A stretch of 64,000 nt of DNA from Syntrophaceae bacterium. GTDB lineage: Bacteria > Desulfobacterota > SM23-61. How positions within the stretch are numbered: position 1 is the first letter of the stretch; every line of letters begins with the position of its first letter. Location of the stretch: NCBI GenBank assembly GCA_013388675.1, contig JACAEW010000211.1:42649-106648 (forward strand), given 5' to 3'. The notes beneath the pieces are model-generated. The model worked only from the letters and a program-made list of their open reading frames with translations, did no database searches and was not told where the DNA came from. Made by a program: the position numbers and the translations under genes. Positions 27,458 to 35,556 of the stretch are shown here, piece by piece.

Positions 27458-27733
27458 ATGGCAGTAATAGATTTGATTGCCAAGGAATTGGAAATGGAAC
27501 CTAATGAGCTTCTACAGGAAAGCCTAAAAATCTATCTGGCGCGTCGCCTCATCAAAGTCGAGACGGAAATATTTCGTATCGCCAAAAGACATGGAGTGAA
27601 GGAGGTTTCGGAGCTTGATTCTCGAATCAGGGAAGGAATTGTTAGCGAGAAGGAGGCCTTTGAAGATTATTTTGCTTTGGACCATCTGGAAGCCGAGAAA
27701 GAACGCATCAGCAAATCTCTGGAGAAACTTTGA
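27458..27733 (+). CDS. Small helical protein, putative antitoxin partner
   Basis: 91 aa. GGAGG lies upstream. Its stop overlaps the downstream start (ATGA). Charged, coiled-coil-like composition. Confidence 0.55.
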   Translation: MAVIDLIAKELEMEPNELLQESLKIYLARRLIKVETEIFRIAKRHGVKEVSELDSRIREGIVSEKEAFEDYFALDHLEAEKERISKSLEKL

Positions 27734-28104
27734 TGGCCGACCTGGATGGTCTGAGGCGAATAGCCGAGGTTGAATTTGCCTCCATAGTCAAAGACACCAT
27801 TCGGATGGATTTTAAAATAAGAATCATCCTTCTGGACAATAGCTTTGTGGATGTATTTCTATCGGAGAAACTTTCCGATAAATTTGGATTTCATTGGGAA
27901 CGGATGGATCTGGTAGGAACCATTTATCGATATGATAATGTTCCAGACCGGAGATGGAAAAACCTCGCGACATTTCCCTTTCATTTTCACAAGGGCTCCC
28001 AAGAAGAGGTGGAAGATTCTCCGTTCCCCCAATCTCCCGAATCCGGCTTTAGAGCATTTATGGAATTTGTTGGCGAGCTTTTAAAAGAATCCCCGGCACC
28101 ATAA
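27730..28104 (+). CDS. DUF6516 / TumE-like putative toxin
   Basis: FGFHWE...YRYDNVPDRRWKNLATFPFHFHKG fits my recollection of the DUF6516 pattern (not searched). Confidence 0.55.
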   Translation: MMADLDGLRRIAEVEFASIVKDTIRMDFKIRIILLDNSFVDVFLSEKLSDKFGFHWERMDLVGTIYRYDNVPDRRWKNLATFPFHFHKGSQEEVEDSPFPQSPESGFRAFMEFVGELLKESPAP

Positions 28105-28121
28105 GCGGTTGTGCGGTACCC

Positions 28122-28436
28122 TTGAAGGTAGGGGAAAGGGTCAGAATTGTAGGGGGATCTGTGGCCAAACTGGGCACCAAAAAGAAGCCTGCGGTGGTAA
28201 GGGTTCAGACAGAGGAAAGGGCTCTGGAGATCACCCGGCTTTGCGATGAGCATGGCTGGATCGTCATCGCGGGAGTCGAGCCGGATGAACCGGAGAACAT
28301 CGACGATGTCAAGCGGCTCCTGAAGCATCGGCCGGCTGCTCCCAAAACTTATGCCGCGCCGATGAAAACAGGACCGAATGATTACTGTCCATGCGGAAGC
28401 GGATTGAAATACAAGAATTGCTGTATGGGGAAATAA
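28122..28436 (+). CDS. SEC-C metal-binding motif protein (PBPRA1643-like family)
   Basis: C-terminal PNDYCPCGSGLKYKNCC. The N-terminal part LGTKKKPAVVRVQTEERALEITRLCDEHGWIVIAGVEPDEPENIDD resembles that family. TTG start. Confidence 0.6.
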   Translation: MKVGERVRIVGGSVAKLGTKKKPAVVRVQTEERALEITRLCDEHGWIVIAGVEPDEPENIDDVKRLLKHRPAAPKTYAAPMKTGPNDYCPCGSGLKYKNCCMGK

Positions 28437-28448
28437 GGGCCGGGATCG

Positions 28449-28844
28449 CTACAGCCAATCGATCTTCACCAGGCTTTCCGCCTTTTTGAATTCCGGGTCG
28501 CCCGTGACGATGGGGGCGTTTTCCTTCAGCGCAGTTTGGATGGCGAAGCAATCCGCGTAGGAAAGGGCGTGGCCGGCCTTAATCTTGGCCGCTTCGACGA
28601 CCTCTTCGAAAGTATTCGCTCTTTTCACGAGAGGGAGATTGGGAAGAATGGTATGAAGGAAATAATCCGCCTGATCCATCCCTCGCTCCCTGGCCAGGAT
28701 ATAAAAGCATTCTCCGAGATTGATTTCGTTCATCAAGACCACTGCCCCCTTTGAACCGAGGAGATTCTTCACTTTCTCGTACCTATCTTCTTTTTTCAGA
28801 TACGCCAGAAGGGCGTAGGAATCCAGCACCCTTTTTCCGCTCAC
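28449..28844 (-). CDS. vapC: PIN-domain toxin VapC
   Basis: GTG start. Acidic PIN residues in context (VLDSYA, NEINLGE, YADCFA, TGDPEF). Paired with an AbrB-type antitoxin. Confidence 0.8.
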   Translation of the reverse strand: MSGKRVLDSYALLAYLKKEDRYEKVKNLLGSKGAVVLMNEINLGECFYILARERGMDQADYFLHTILPNLPLVKRANTFEEVVEAAKIKAGHALSYADCFAIQTALKENAPIVTGDPEFKKAESLVKIDWL

Positions 28845-29070
28845 GCTCCGCTTCCTCCTTTCGATTTTTCAAAAGGGCTTGGGTCAGGGACGAGCCTTCC
28901 TCAAAAACACCGCAGAAGTATTCCACCGGGTTTTCCGGCAGAGGATATATTTCGATATGGTCGGAAACGGCCTTCACGAGGACCTTTGCCCCCGGTTTGA
29001 TTCCCAGTTTTTCCCTTTCCGCTTTGGGGATGACGACCTGTCCTTTGGGTGAAGTCGTAACAATGGCCAT
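28783..29070 (-). CDS. vapB: AbrB/SpoVT-type antitoxin VapB
   Basis: TSPKGQVVIPKAEREKLGIKPGAKVLV is a SpoVT/AbrB fold motif. The ORF overlaps vapC by 62 nt. Confidence 0.75.
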   Translation of the reverse strand: MAIVTTSPKGQVVIPKAEREKLGIKPGAKVLVKAVSDHIEIYPLPENPVEYFCGVFEEGSSLTQALLKNRKEEAERERKKGAGFLRPSGVSEKRR

Positions 29071-29332
29071 TGGTAAAACCCTTTCCCTAATTGTTTAACC
29101 AATTTATTTTAGTGTAACTAGATAGCCTTAAAAAGTCAACTGTCGGTTCAAGGTAAAATCAAATGAAACTCTGTTGCCCGGCGAAATAAACAGCCAGGGA
29201 ACAACAAAGGATGGTATTTCGCGGGAGGGAGGGATGGCCTTTTTCAGGAAGGCCGTGATAATATCCTTAGGAGGCGGGAGGAATCCCGCCACAAGCAGAT
29301 TCGGGATTGGAAAGTTGACTATAAAGGAGGAG

Positions 29333-30517
29333 ATGATGTCGAACCGTTGGTTATCGGAGAGAATCAAGGGCTTGGGGTTCTCCAAAATAAGAGAGGTCAT
29401 GGGGCGCGTGGAAGAGGCCAAGCGAAAAGGAATCAAGATTACCGATCTTTCCATCGGCCGGCCCGATTTCGACACCCCGAAACACATTAAGGATGCCGCG
29501 GCCAAGGCCCTGGCCGACGGCTGGGTTCACTACACGGCCAGCCCCGGAACCCTGGAACTTCGGGAAGCCATCTGCCGCCGTTTTCAGGAGGACCACCAGC
29601 TCAAGATTGACCCCTCGGAGATCATCGTCACCACGGGGGCGGCGGAGGCGATTTATATCGGTCTCATGAGCGTTTTAGACCCGGGCGATGAAGTATTGGT
29701 GCCCGAGCCCATGTATGTTTACTATGGCGGCTATGTTTTTCTGGGGGGAGCCAAGTGCGTCCCCGTCCCCCTGAAGGAAGAAAACCAATTCCTGCTGAAG
29801 GCCGAGGACCTGGAGAAGCATATCACCGGGAAAACGAAGTTGTTGATCCTCAACTTTCCCCACAACCCCACGGGACAAGTTCTCCTCCGGGAAGACCTGG
29901 AGGCGATCGCGCGGGTTGCCATTCGCCATAATATCCTGGTGGTGGCCGACGATATCTACAACGGCATGCTCTATGACGGGGTTGAATATTTCCCCCTGGC
30001 CAAGGCCGAAGGAATGAAGGAGAGAACGCTGATCATCGGCAGCTTCTCGAAAACCTACGCCATGGACGGCTGGCGGATCGGGTATCTCATCGCTCCCCGC
30101 GAATTAATCGCCCAGACTCTGAAACTGCATCAGCACATCGTAAGCTGCCCCAATACCTTCGTTCAGATGGGAGCCCAGGCGGCCCTGCGCTCCTCCCAGG
30201 ACTGCGTCCGGCAGATGGTGGCCGAATTCGACCGCCGGCGCAAAAAGATGATGTCGCGATTCGACCAAATGGGCATACCCTACGTGCGCCCCCGGGGAGC
30301 CTTTTACATATTTCCCTCCATCAAAAAATTCGGCCTTTCCTCGGGCCAATTCGTGGATTTCCTGTTCGAAAAAGCCAGGGTCGCGGTGGTCCCGGGAGAC
30401 GCCTTCGGCCCCGGAGGAGAAGGGTACGTGCGGGTGTCCTACTGCGCCCCCGTGGAAGAGATCGAGGAGGCCATGGATCGGGTCCGCTCGGCTTTGGCCC
30501 AGCTCAAGGGATGGTAA
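29333..30517 (+). CDS. Pyridoxal-phosphate-dependent aminotransferase, class I (aspartate/aromatic type)
   Basis: ATG at 29333 follows AAGGAGG. SFSKTYAMDGWRIGY carries the PLP lysine. NFPHNPTG is present. Confidence 0.85.
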   Translation: MMSNRWLSERIKGLGFSKIREVMGRVEEAKRKGIKITDLSIGRPDFDTPKHIKDAAAKALADGWVHYTASPGTLELREAICRRFQEDHQLKIDPSEIIVTTGAAEAIYIGLMSVLDPGDEVLVPEPMYVYYGGYVFLGGAKCVPVPLKEENQFLLKAEDLEKHITGKTKLLILNFPHNPTGQVLLREDLEAIARVAIRHNILVVADDIYNGMLYDGVEYFPLAKAEGMKERTLIIGSFSKTYAMDGWRIGYLIAPRELIAQTLKLHQHIVSCPNTFVQMGAQAALRSSQDCVRQMVAEFDRRRKKMMSRFDQMGIPYVRPRGAFYIFPSIKKFGLSSGQFVDFLFEKARVAVVPGDAFGPGGEGYVRVSYCAPVEEIEEAMDRVRSALAQLKGW

Positions 30518-30544
30518 CAATTTAGCCGGTAGAAAAAAAAATCA

Positions 30545-30712
30545 AATCCCCCTTCATCCCCCTTTTTCAAAGGGGGAAAAGGCTCCCTGATTCGTCGAAT
30601 TTCCGCGAAGAAGAACCTCTCCTCCCTTTGGAAAAGGGAGGCGGGGAGGGATTTCGGGGAAGCCCGTTTCAAAACGCTAAACTGTTCCAGGGGATGAAGG
30701 AATCAGAGGGGA
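30545..30712. repeat. Intergenic element with terminal inverted repeats and two internal hairpins
   Basis: CCTTCATCCCC (30551-30561) pairs with GGGGATGAAGG (30690-30700). Internal hairpins are CCCCCTTTTTCAAAGGGGG (30558-30576) and CCTCCCTTTGGAAAAGGGAGG (30620-30640). Confidence 0.5.
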
Positions 30713-31351
30713 TCAAGGGGGCGTTTGCAGGAATGCGGCCTTGATTCCGTCGATGACGAACTGCACGGAAATCACCGCCAGCAGGAGGCCCATGAGGCGG
30801 GTCAGGATGTTGATCCCCGTCTGCCCCAGCCCCCGCATCAATTGAACGGAGGCCGCCAGGATTAGGTAGCAGGAAAGGCTGGTCAGGAAGATCGCCAGGA
30901 TGACGAGACCTCTCTGGAGGGCGGAGGTCGACAGGTTGATTAGAACCATCACCGTGGTGATGGCCGCCGGGCCGCCGAGCATGGGGATGGCCAGGGGAAA
31001 GATCGCCACGTCCTCCCCTTCCAGCTTCTCATGCTCCTCCTGGGGAGTGGATTTGGCCCTGGACCGCTGGGCCTGGAGCATGCTCAGGGCGATGATGAAG
31101 ATCAGGATTCCGCCGGCGATTTGAAAGGAGCTGATCGTTACCCGGAGGAGCTTGAGGATCCATTCGCCCACGAAGGCGAAAACCAGAAGAATGAGAAAGG
31201 TGACCAGGCTCGCCCGAAAGGCAGTCTTTCTTTTCTCATCCGGGCTCTTTCCCTGGGTCATGGCCAGGAAGACGGGGATATTTCCCAGTGGGTCGACGAT
31301 GAAGAAGATCAAGGACAGGGAAATGGCGGCGAATTCCAGGGTCGGGTACAT
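30713..31351 (-). CDS. MarC family (UPF0056) integral membrane protein
   Basis: 212-aa, six-TM ORF with a MarC-like N-terminus (FFIVDPLGNIPVFLAMT). Confidence 0.75.
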   Translation of the reverse strand: MYPTLEFAAISLSLIFFIVDPLGNIPVFLAMTQGKSPDEKRKTAFRASLVTFLILLVFAFVGEWILKLLRVTISSFQIAGGILIFIIALSMLQAQRSRAKSTPQEEHEKLEGEDVAIFPLAIPMLGGPAAITTVMVLINLSTSALQRGLVILAIFLTSLSCYLILAASVQLMRGLGQTGINILTRLMGLLLAVISVQFVIDGIKAAFLQTPP

Positions 31352-31372
31352 ATGAAGGCTTATCCGATATTT

Positions 31373-31453
31373 CGGATTGCGGATTGCGGGTTTTCCGCTT
31401 ATTGTCTTTTAATCCGCCTTCCGCAATCCACAATCCGCAATTTCGATTGCGGG
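31373..31453. repeat. GATTGCGG-type hairpin element
   Basis: CGGATTGCGGATTGCGG (31373-31389) pairs with CCGCAATCCACAATCCG (31421-31437), with 1 mismatch. An extra unit, CAATTTCGATTGCGGG, follows. Confidence 0.55.
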
Positions 31454-31455
31454 TT

Positions 31456-32640
31456 TTACCCATTGAAAGCCCGGGCGACCTTTTGGCCCAAGGCATGGCA
31501 AGCCTCGAATCCCTTCTGGTCGGGGACATATTGAATTTTCAAACCCGGATCGACGATCCGGAACTTCATCTCTTCCAAGTCCTGGTTGATCAACTGAACC
31601 GCCTCCCCGCTCCAACCATAGGAGCCGAAGGCGGCGGCGATCTTGTTTTGCGGCTTCAGTCCCTTCATATAACATAAAAAATCGGCAACCGTGGGAAAGA
31701 GACCGTTGTTCAAGGTGGGGGACCCGATGAGAATCGCCCCCGCGTCGAGGACATCAGTCATCACGTCGCTCCGGTGAATGGTCCTCAGGTGCATGGGGCG
31801 GGCGTCCACCCCCTCGCGGGCGAGGGATTCGACGATGGCCTCGGCCATGGCCTGGGTGCTGTGCCACATGCTGTCGTAGATCACCAGCGCCTTCTTCTTG
31901 GGCTTCTGCTGCGACCATTCCACGTAGGCCTGAACGATCTTCCGCGGGTCCTTGCGCCACATGACGCCGTGGTCCGGACAGATCATCTTGATCGGTAATC
32001 CCATGCGGGTAACCTTTTCCGCCAGTTTCAAAATCAGCGTGGAGTACAGGAGGAGGATGTTGGCAAAATACTTCTTGGCATGGGGCATGATTGCTTCCCC
32101 GATCTGATCGTCAAATCTCTCCGTTCCGGCGTAGTGTTGCCCGAAGGCGTCGCTGGAGAAAAGGATCTGGTCCTCCTGGAGGTACGTGAACATGCTGTCC
32201 GGCCAGTGGAGCATTCGGGTTTCCAGGAACTTGAGGGTCCGCTCGCCCAGTTTAATTTCCTCCCCATCGTTCACCGCTGTTAAATTCAGGCCCCCGTGAA
32301 AGTGGCGGGTCAGGTTCTGGGCCCCCATTTTGGAGCAGTACACCGGCTTTCCGCTCCCGATTACATGCATAACCCATTCCAGGCTGCCGGAATGATCCAG
32401 CTCCGTGTGGTTGCTGATCACACAATCGATCTTCTTTGGGTCGATGAGGAGGCGGATTTGGTCCATCCAATCGGAGAAGAATTCCTGTTTCACCGTGTCG
32501 ATGAGGATATTTTTCTCCCCCCGGATCAAAAAGGCATTGTAGGTGGTTCCCTGGTAGGTGGAGTAGCCGTGAAAATCACGGACGTTCCAGTCCACGGCTC
32601 CCAGCCAAAAAATATTTTTCCCAATCTCGAACGGTTTCAT
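31456..32640 (-). CDS. fprA: Flavodiiron protein (FprA / rubredoxin:oxygen oxidoreductase type)
   Basis: Metallo-beta-lactamase-like domain with NHTELDHSG, plus a C-terminal flavodoxin domain (ALVIYDSMWHSTQ). Confidence 0.85.
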   Translation of the reverse strand: MKPFEIGKNIFWLGAVDWNVRDFHGYSTYQGTTYNAFLIRGEKNILIDTVKQEFFSDWMDQIRLLIDPKKIDCVISNHTELDHSGSLEWVMHVIGSGKPVYCSKMGAQNLTRHFHGGLNLTAVNDGEEIKLGERTLKFLETRMLHWPDSMFTYLQEDQILFSSDAFGQHYAGTERFDDQIGEAIMPHAKKYFANILLLYSTLILKLAEKVTRMGLPIKMICPDHGVMWRKDPRKIVQAYVEWSQQKPKKKALVIYDSMWHSTQAMAEAIVESLAREGVDARPMHLRTIHRSDVMTDVLDAGAILIGSPTLNNGLFPTVADFLCYMKGLKPQNKIAAAFGSYGWSGEAVQLINQDLEEMKFRIVDPGLKIQYVPDQKGFEACHALGQKVARAFNG

Positions 32641-32765
32641 TTTTTCTCCCTTTCCTTTGAATTCTGCGCGACGCAGAGCAAGACAGATCCCGCAGATCGC
32701 TTTGAAAAAAATCGGACGAAACCCAGGATTTCAGGGACTGCCCGGGTCCTCTGCAGGAGGATCGA

Positions 32766-33617
32766 TTATCGATAACTTTCCAGAATTTTCGCCAATAACC
32801 CTCGGTCCACACCTTTTCCCACCAGCGGCCCCTCTTTGAGCGCCGGGAAGTGAGGTTCAAAGGGTGGCCGGGCCTTCTGGTAAAGGATTCCCACGGGAAT
32901 GGTTTCTCCCCACTCCTCGGCCTTTTTCATGGCCGCTTCCCAGTTCGTGGGGTCGTAGTCGGGCGGCAGTTCCTTGCAGCGGGATTTATACCAACTGAAG
33001 GTGTTCACCTTGTTGAAGGAAACGCAGGGCTGAAGAATATCCACCAGGGAGAACCCCCGGTGAGCGATGGCTTCCTGGATGATCAAGGCCAAGTGGTCCA
33101 CCATTCCCGAAAAGGCCCGGGCCACAAACCCCGCCCGAAGGGCGACCGCAACCGCCGCCGCATTGAAGGGGGAAGAAGCGACCCCTTCCGGCTGGACCTT
33201 GGTGACAAACCCGATCTCGGAAGTGGGGCTGGCCTGGCCTTTGGTAAGTCCGTACACCTGGTTGTTATGAACCAGGAGGGTGACATCGATGTTGCGGCGG
33301 AGGGCCGCGAGGAAATGGTTGCCCCCTTCCCCGTAATTGCATCCGTCCCCGCTCTCCACAATCACCGTCTTCTTGGGATTGGCGAGCTTGACCCCCGTGG
33401 CCAATGGGAGCGAGCGGCCGTGAAGGCCGTCAAAGAGATTTACGTTCAGGTAATGAGGGGCCTTCGCCGCCTGGCCGATTCCGGAGACGAAGATGACATC
33501 CCGGGGCCTCAGCCGGCATGCTACCAGAGCCTGCTTCACCGCCTTCAAAATGGAAAAATTACCGCAACCCGGACACCAGGCTGTCTCGTTATCCCCGTAA
33601 TCTTTCAAGGTAACCAT
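32766..33617 (-). CDS. korB: 2-oxoacid:ferredoxin oxidoreductase beta subunit (TPP-binding)
   Basis: WCPGCGNFSIL, GIGQAAK and GDGCNYGEGGNH are typical of the OFOR beta subunit. Confidence 0.85.
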   Translation of the reverse strand: MVTLKDYGDNETAWCPGCGNFSILKAVKQALVACRLRPRDVIFVSGIGQAAKAPHYLNVNLFDGLHGRSLPLATGVKLANPKKTVIVESGDGCNYGEGGNHFLAALRRNIDVTLLVHNNQVYGLTKGQASPTSEIGFVTKVQPEGVASSPFNAAAVAVALRAGFVARAFSGMVDHLALIIQEAIAHRGFSLVDILQPCVSFNKVNTFSWYKSRCKELPPDYDPTNWEAAMKKAEEWGETIPVGILYQKARPPFEPHFPALKEGPLVGKGVDRGLLAKILESYR

Positions 33618-33634
33618 GGATGCTCCCCAATTCT

Positions 33635-33714
33635 GCGTAGGGGCAATTCATGAATTGCCCCTACGCCGTTTTTTAGGAATGCCCCGTAAGGGCGGGTTTC
33701 AAACCCGCCCCTAC
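33635..33714. repeat. Two AGGGGC...GCCCCT-family hairpins inside the korA-korB spacer
   Basis: GCGTAGGGGCAATTCATGAATTGCCCCTACGC (33635-33666) and GTAAGGGCGGGTTTCAAACCCGCCCCTAC (33686-33714). Confidence 0.6.
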
Positions 33715-33721
33715 GTTCGGA

Positions 33722-35398
33722 TTACATTAATTCCCGAAGAATGAACTCCGGGGTAATGGGCAAACCATCGTATCGACCGATTCTCTTTTTGATTTCAAAG
33801 CCCGATTCCTGCCGGATCAGTTTGGCCAGCTGCCCGGTGGCGTTTCCTTCCACCGAGACCACCTGCCCAGCTTCCTGGAGAGCGGAAAGAAAGTTCTCGG
33901 GGACCAGGGGCCACACCTGGGAAAAATAAAGGGTCGCCGTTTTTCTTCCCCCGGAGCGCAGGTGGGACGCTGCTTCCAGCACCGCCCCCCGGCTGGACCC
34001 CCAGGTCACCAGAATAAGGTCCGCATTCGGGTCTCCCTTCAGTTCCGGAGGAATGACTTCCCGGCGGATTCCTTCCGCTTTTCTCAACCGCTTGTCGGCC
34101 ATTTGCTTGCGAACCGAAAGGTCCTCGGTGAGGTGGCCGTCTTCCGTGTGTTCGTCGCTCCCGGCCACCACCAGGTGTTCGCTCATCCCCGGAAGAAGGC
34201 GGGGGGAAACTCCGTTTTCGGTGAGGGCAAACCGGCGGTAAGGCAAATTCCCGGGCGCGGAATTCAACGGAACCTGCACCGCGGGCAGGCTTTCCACTTC
34301 GAAGGGAGCTACCGATCGATAAGAGTCGGAGAGAAATTGATCGGTCAGGACAAATACTGGGCCCTGGTATTTTTCCGCCAGGAAGAAGGCCTTGCGGGTC
34401 AGGTCGAAACACTCTTCCACCGTCCCGGGGGCGAAGATGGCCCGGGGAAATTCCCCATGGCCCGCGTGGAGGACAAAATGCAGGTCGGCCTGCTCCGTGC
34501 GGGTAGGTAGGCCTGTGGCCGGCCCCGGCCGCTGGGCCACGACGATCACCACCGGCGTCTCCGTCATGCCGGCCAGGCTGACTCCTTCCACCATGAGGGC
34601 GAACCCGCCCCCCGAGGTCCCCACCATGCTGGGAGCGCCGGCATAGGAAGCCCCCAGGGCCATGTTGATGGCTGCGATTTCATCCTCTGCCTGCTCCACC
34701 ACCAATCCCATTTTTGCCGCCCACTTGGCCAGGGTTATTCCGATGGAAGTGGAAGGCGTCATGGGGTAAAAGGAATAGAATTTCAGGCCGGCCGAGATGG
34801 CTCCGAGGGCAATGGCCTCGTTTCCCTGCATCATCATCCGCTTGCTCGGATTCGGCGCAGAGGGGAGTTTCCCCATAAAAGGAGGCTGGGAAAGGGACCA
34901 GGCCATGGCGTCCCGCAAAACCTTGCGGTTCTCTTCTAAAACCCCGGGCGCCTTTTTCCCGAAGAAATCCTCCAGGGTCCGGCCCACGACCTCTTCATTG
35001 AGACCAATCAACCCGGATACGACCCCCAGGGCGGCGATATTGGAGCTTTTCTCGGAAGCCAAATGGCCGAAGGGAACTTTCAGGCAGGCCTTCTCATCCG
35101 CCCTGCATCCCTGGTCGGCGACGATTCTTCCTCCCGGGGCCAGTTCCTTTTCATGAAGAGTGAGAGTTAAATCGTCCAGGGCCACCAGTAGGTCCACCTC
35201 CTCCCGGGGAGCGACAACCTCCTCCGGGCTCACTCGGATACCAAAGGTATTGTGGCCGCCGCGGATTCTGGACATGTAGCTTTGGGTGACAAGAATGTGG
35301 TACCCGCTTCGCACCAAGCTCTTGGCCAGGATCTCTCCCACGGTCACCAACCCCTGCCCGGCTTCCCCTCCGATGAGAATATTCAAGTCCTTTTTCAT
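33722..35398 (-). CDS. korA: 2-oxoacid:ferredoxin oxidoreductase alpha subunit with an N-terminal gamma-like domain
   Basis: Start taken at MKKDLNILIGGEAGQG. A gamma-domain motif is followed by the alpha-subunit body (GNEAIALGAISAG, YPMTPST). Confidence 0.85.
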   Translation of the reverse strand: MKKDLNILIGGEAGQGLVTVGEILAKSLVRSGYHILVTQSYMSRIRGGHNTFGIRVSPEEVVAPREEVDLLVALDDLTLTLHEKELAPGGRIVADQGCRADEKACLKVPFGHLASEKSSNIAALGVVSGLIGLNEEVVGRTLEDFFGKKAPGVLEENRKVLRDAMAWSLSQPPFMGKLPSAPNPSKRMMMQGNEAIALGAISAGLKFYSFYPMTPSTSIGITLAKWAAKMGLVVEQAEDEIAAINMALGASYAGAPSMVGTSGGGFALMVEGVSLAGMTETPVVIVVAQRPGPATGLPTRTEQADLHFVLHAGHGEFPRAIFAPGTVEECFDLTRKAFFLAEKYQGPVFVLTDQFLSDSYRSVAPFEVESLPAVQVPLNSAPGNLPYRRFALTENGVSPRLLPGMSEHLVVAGSDEHTEDGHLTEDLSVRKQMADKRLRKAEGIRREVIPPELKGDPNADLILVTWGSSRGAVLEAASHLRSGGRKTATLYFSQVWPLVPENFLSALQEAGQVVSVEGNATGQLAKLIRQESGFEIKKRIGRYDGLPITPEFILRELM

Positions 35399-35556
35399 CC
35401 TTATTCCTCCAGGAACCAGGTGCACTCCTCAGTTCCCAAGCCTTTATATTATCACCCGGAACAGAATCCCGGGTAAATAGGGTAAAACACGTATTTTTCA
35501 CCGAACGTCATGGTTGGCTCAAAAAAGTTGGGGAAGCGGAGAGATTCAGCGCTCCG

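Noticed and set aside
22137-29332. Search for an integrase, transposase, reverse transcriptase (retron or DGR) or tRNA attachment site at or within the island.
   Set aside because: None of the ORFs shows recombinase, DDE or RT motifs, and I could not find tRNA-like sequence or flanking direct repeats.
32677-32692. Minus-strand GGGATCTGTCTTGCT upstream of fprA as a sigma-54 promoter.
   Set aside because: The spacing is right and TTGC is present, but the -24 element lacks the TGGCAC context. It is too weak to call by eye.
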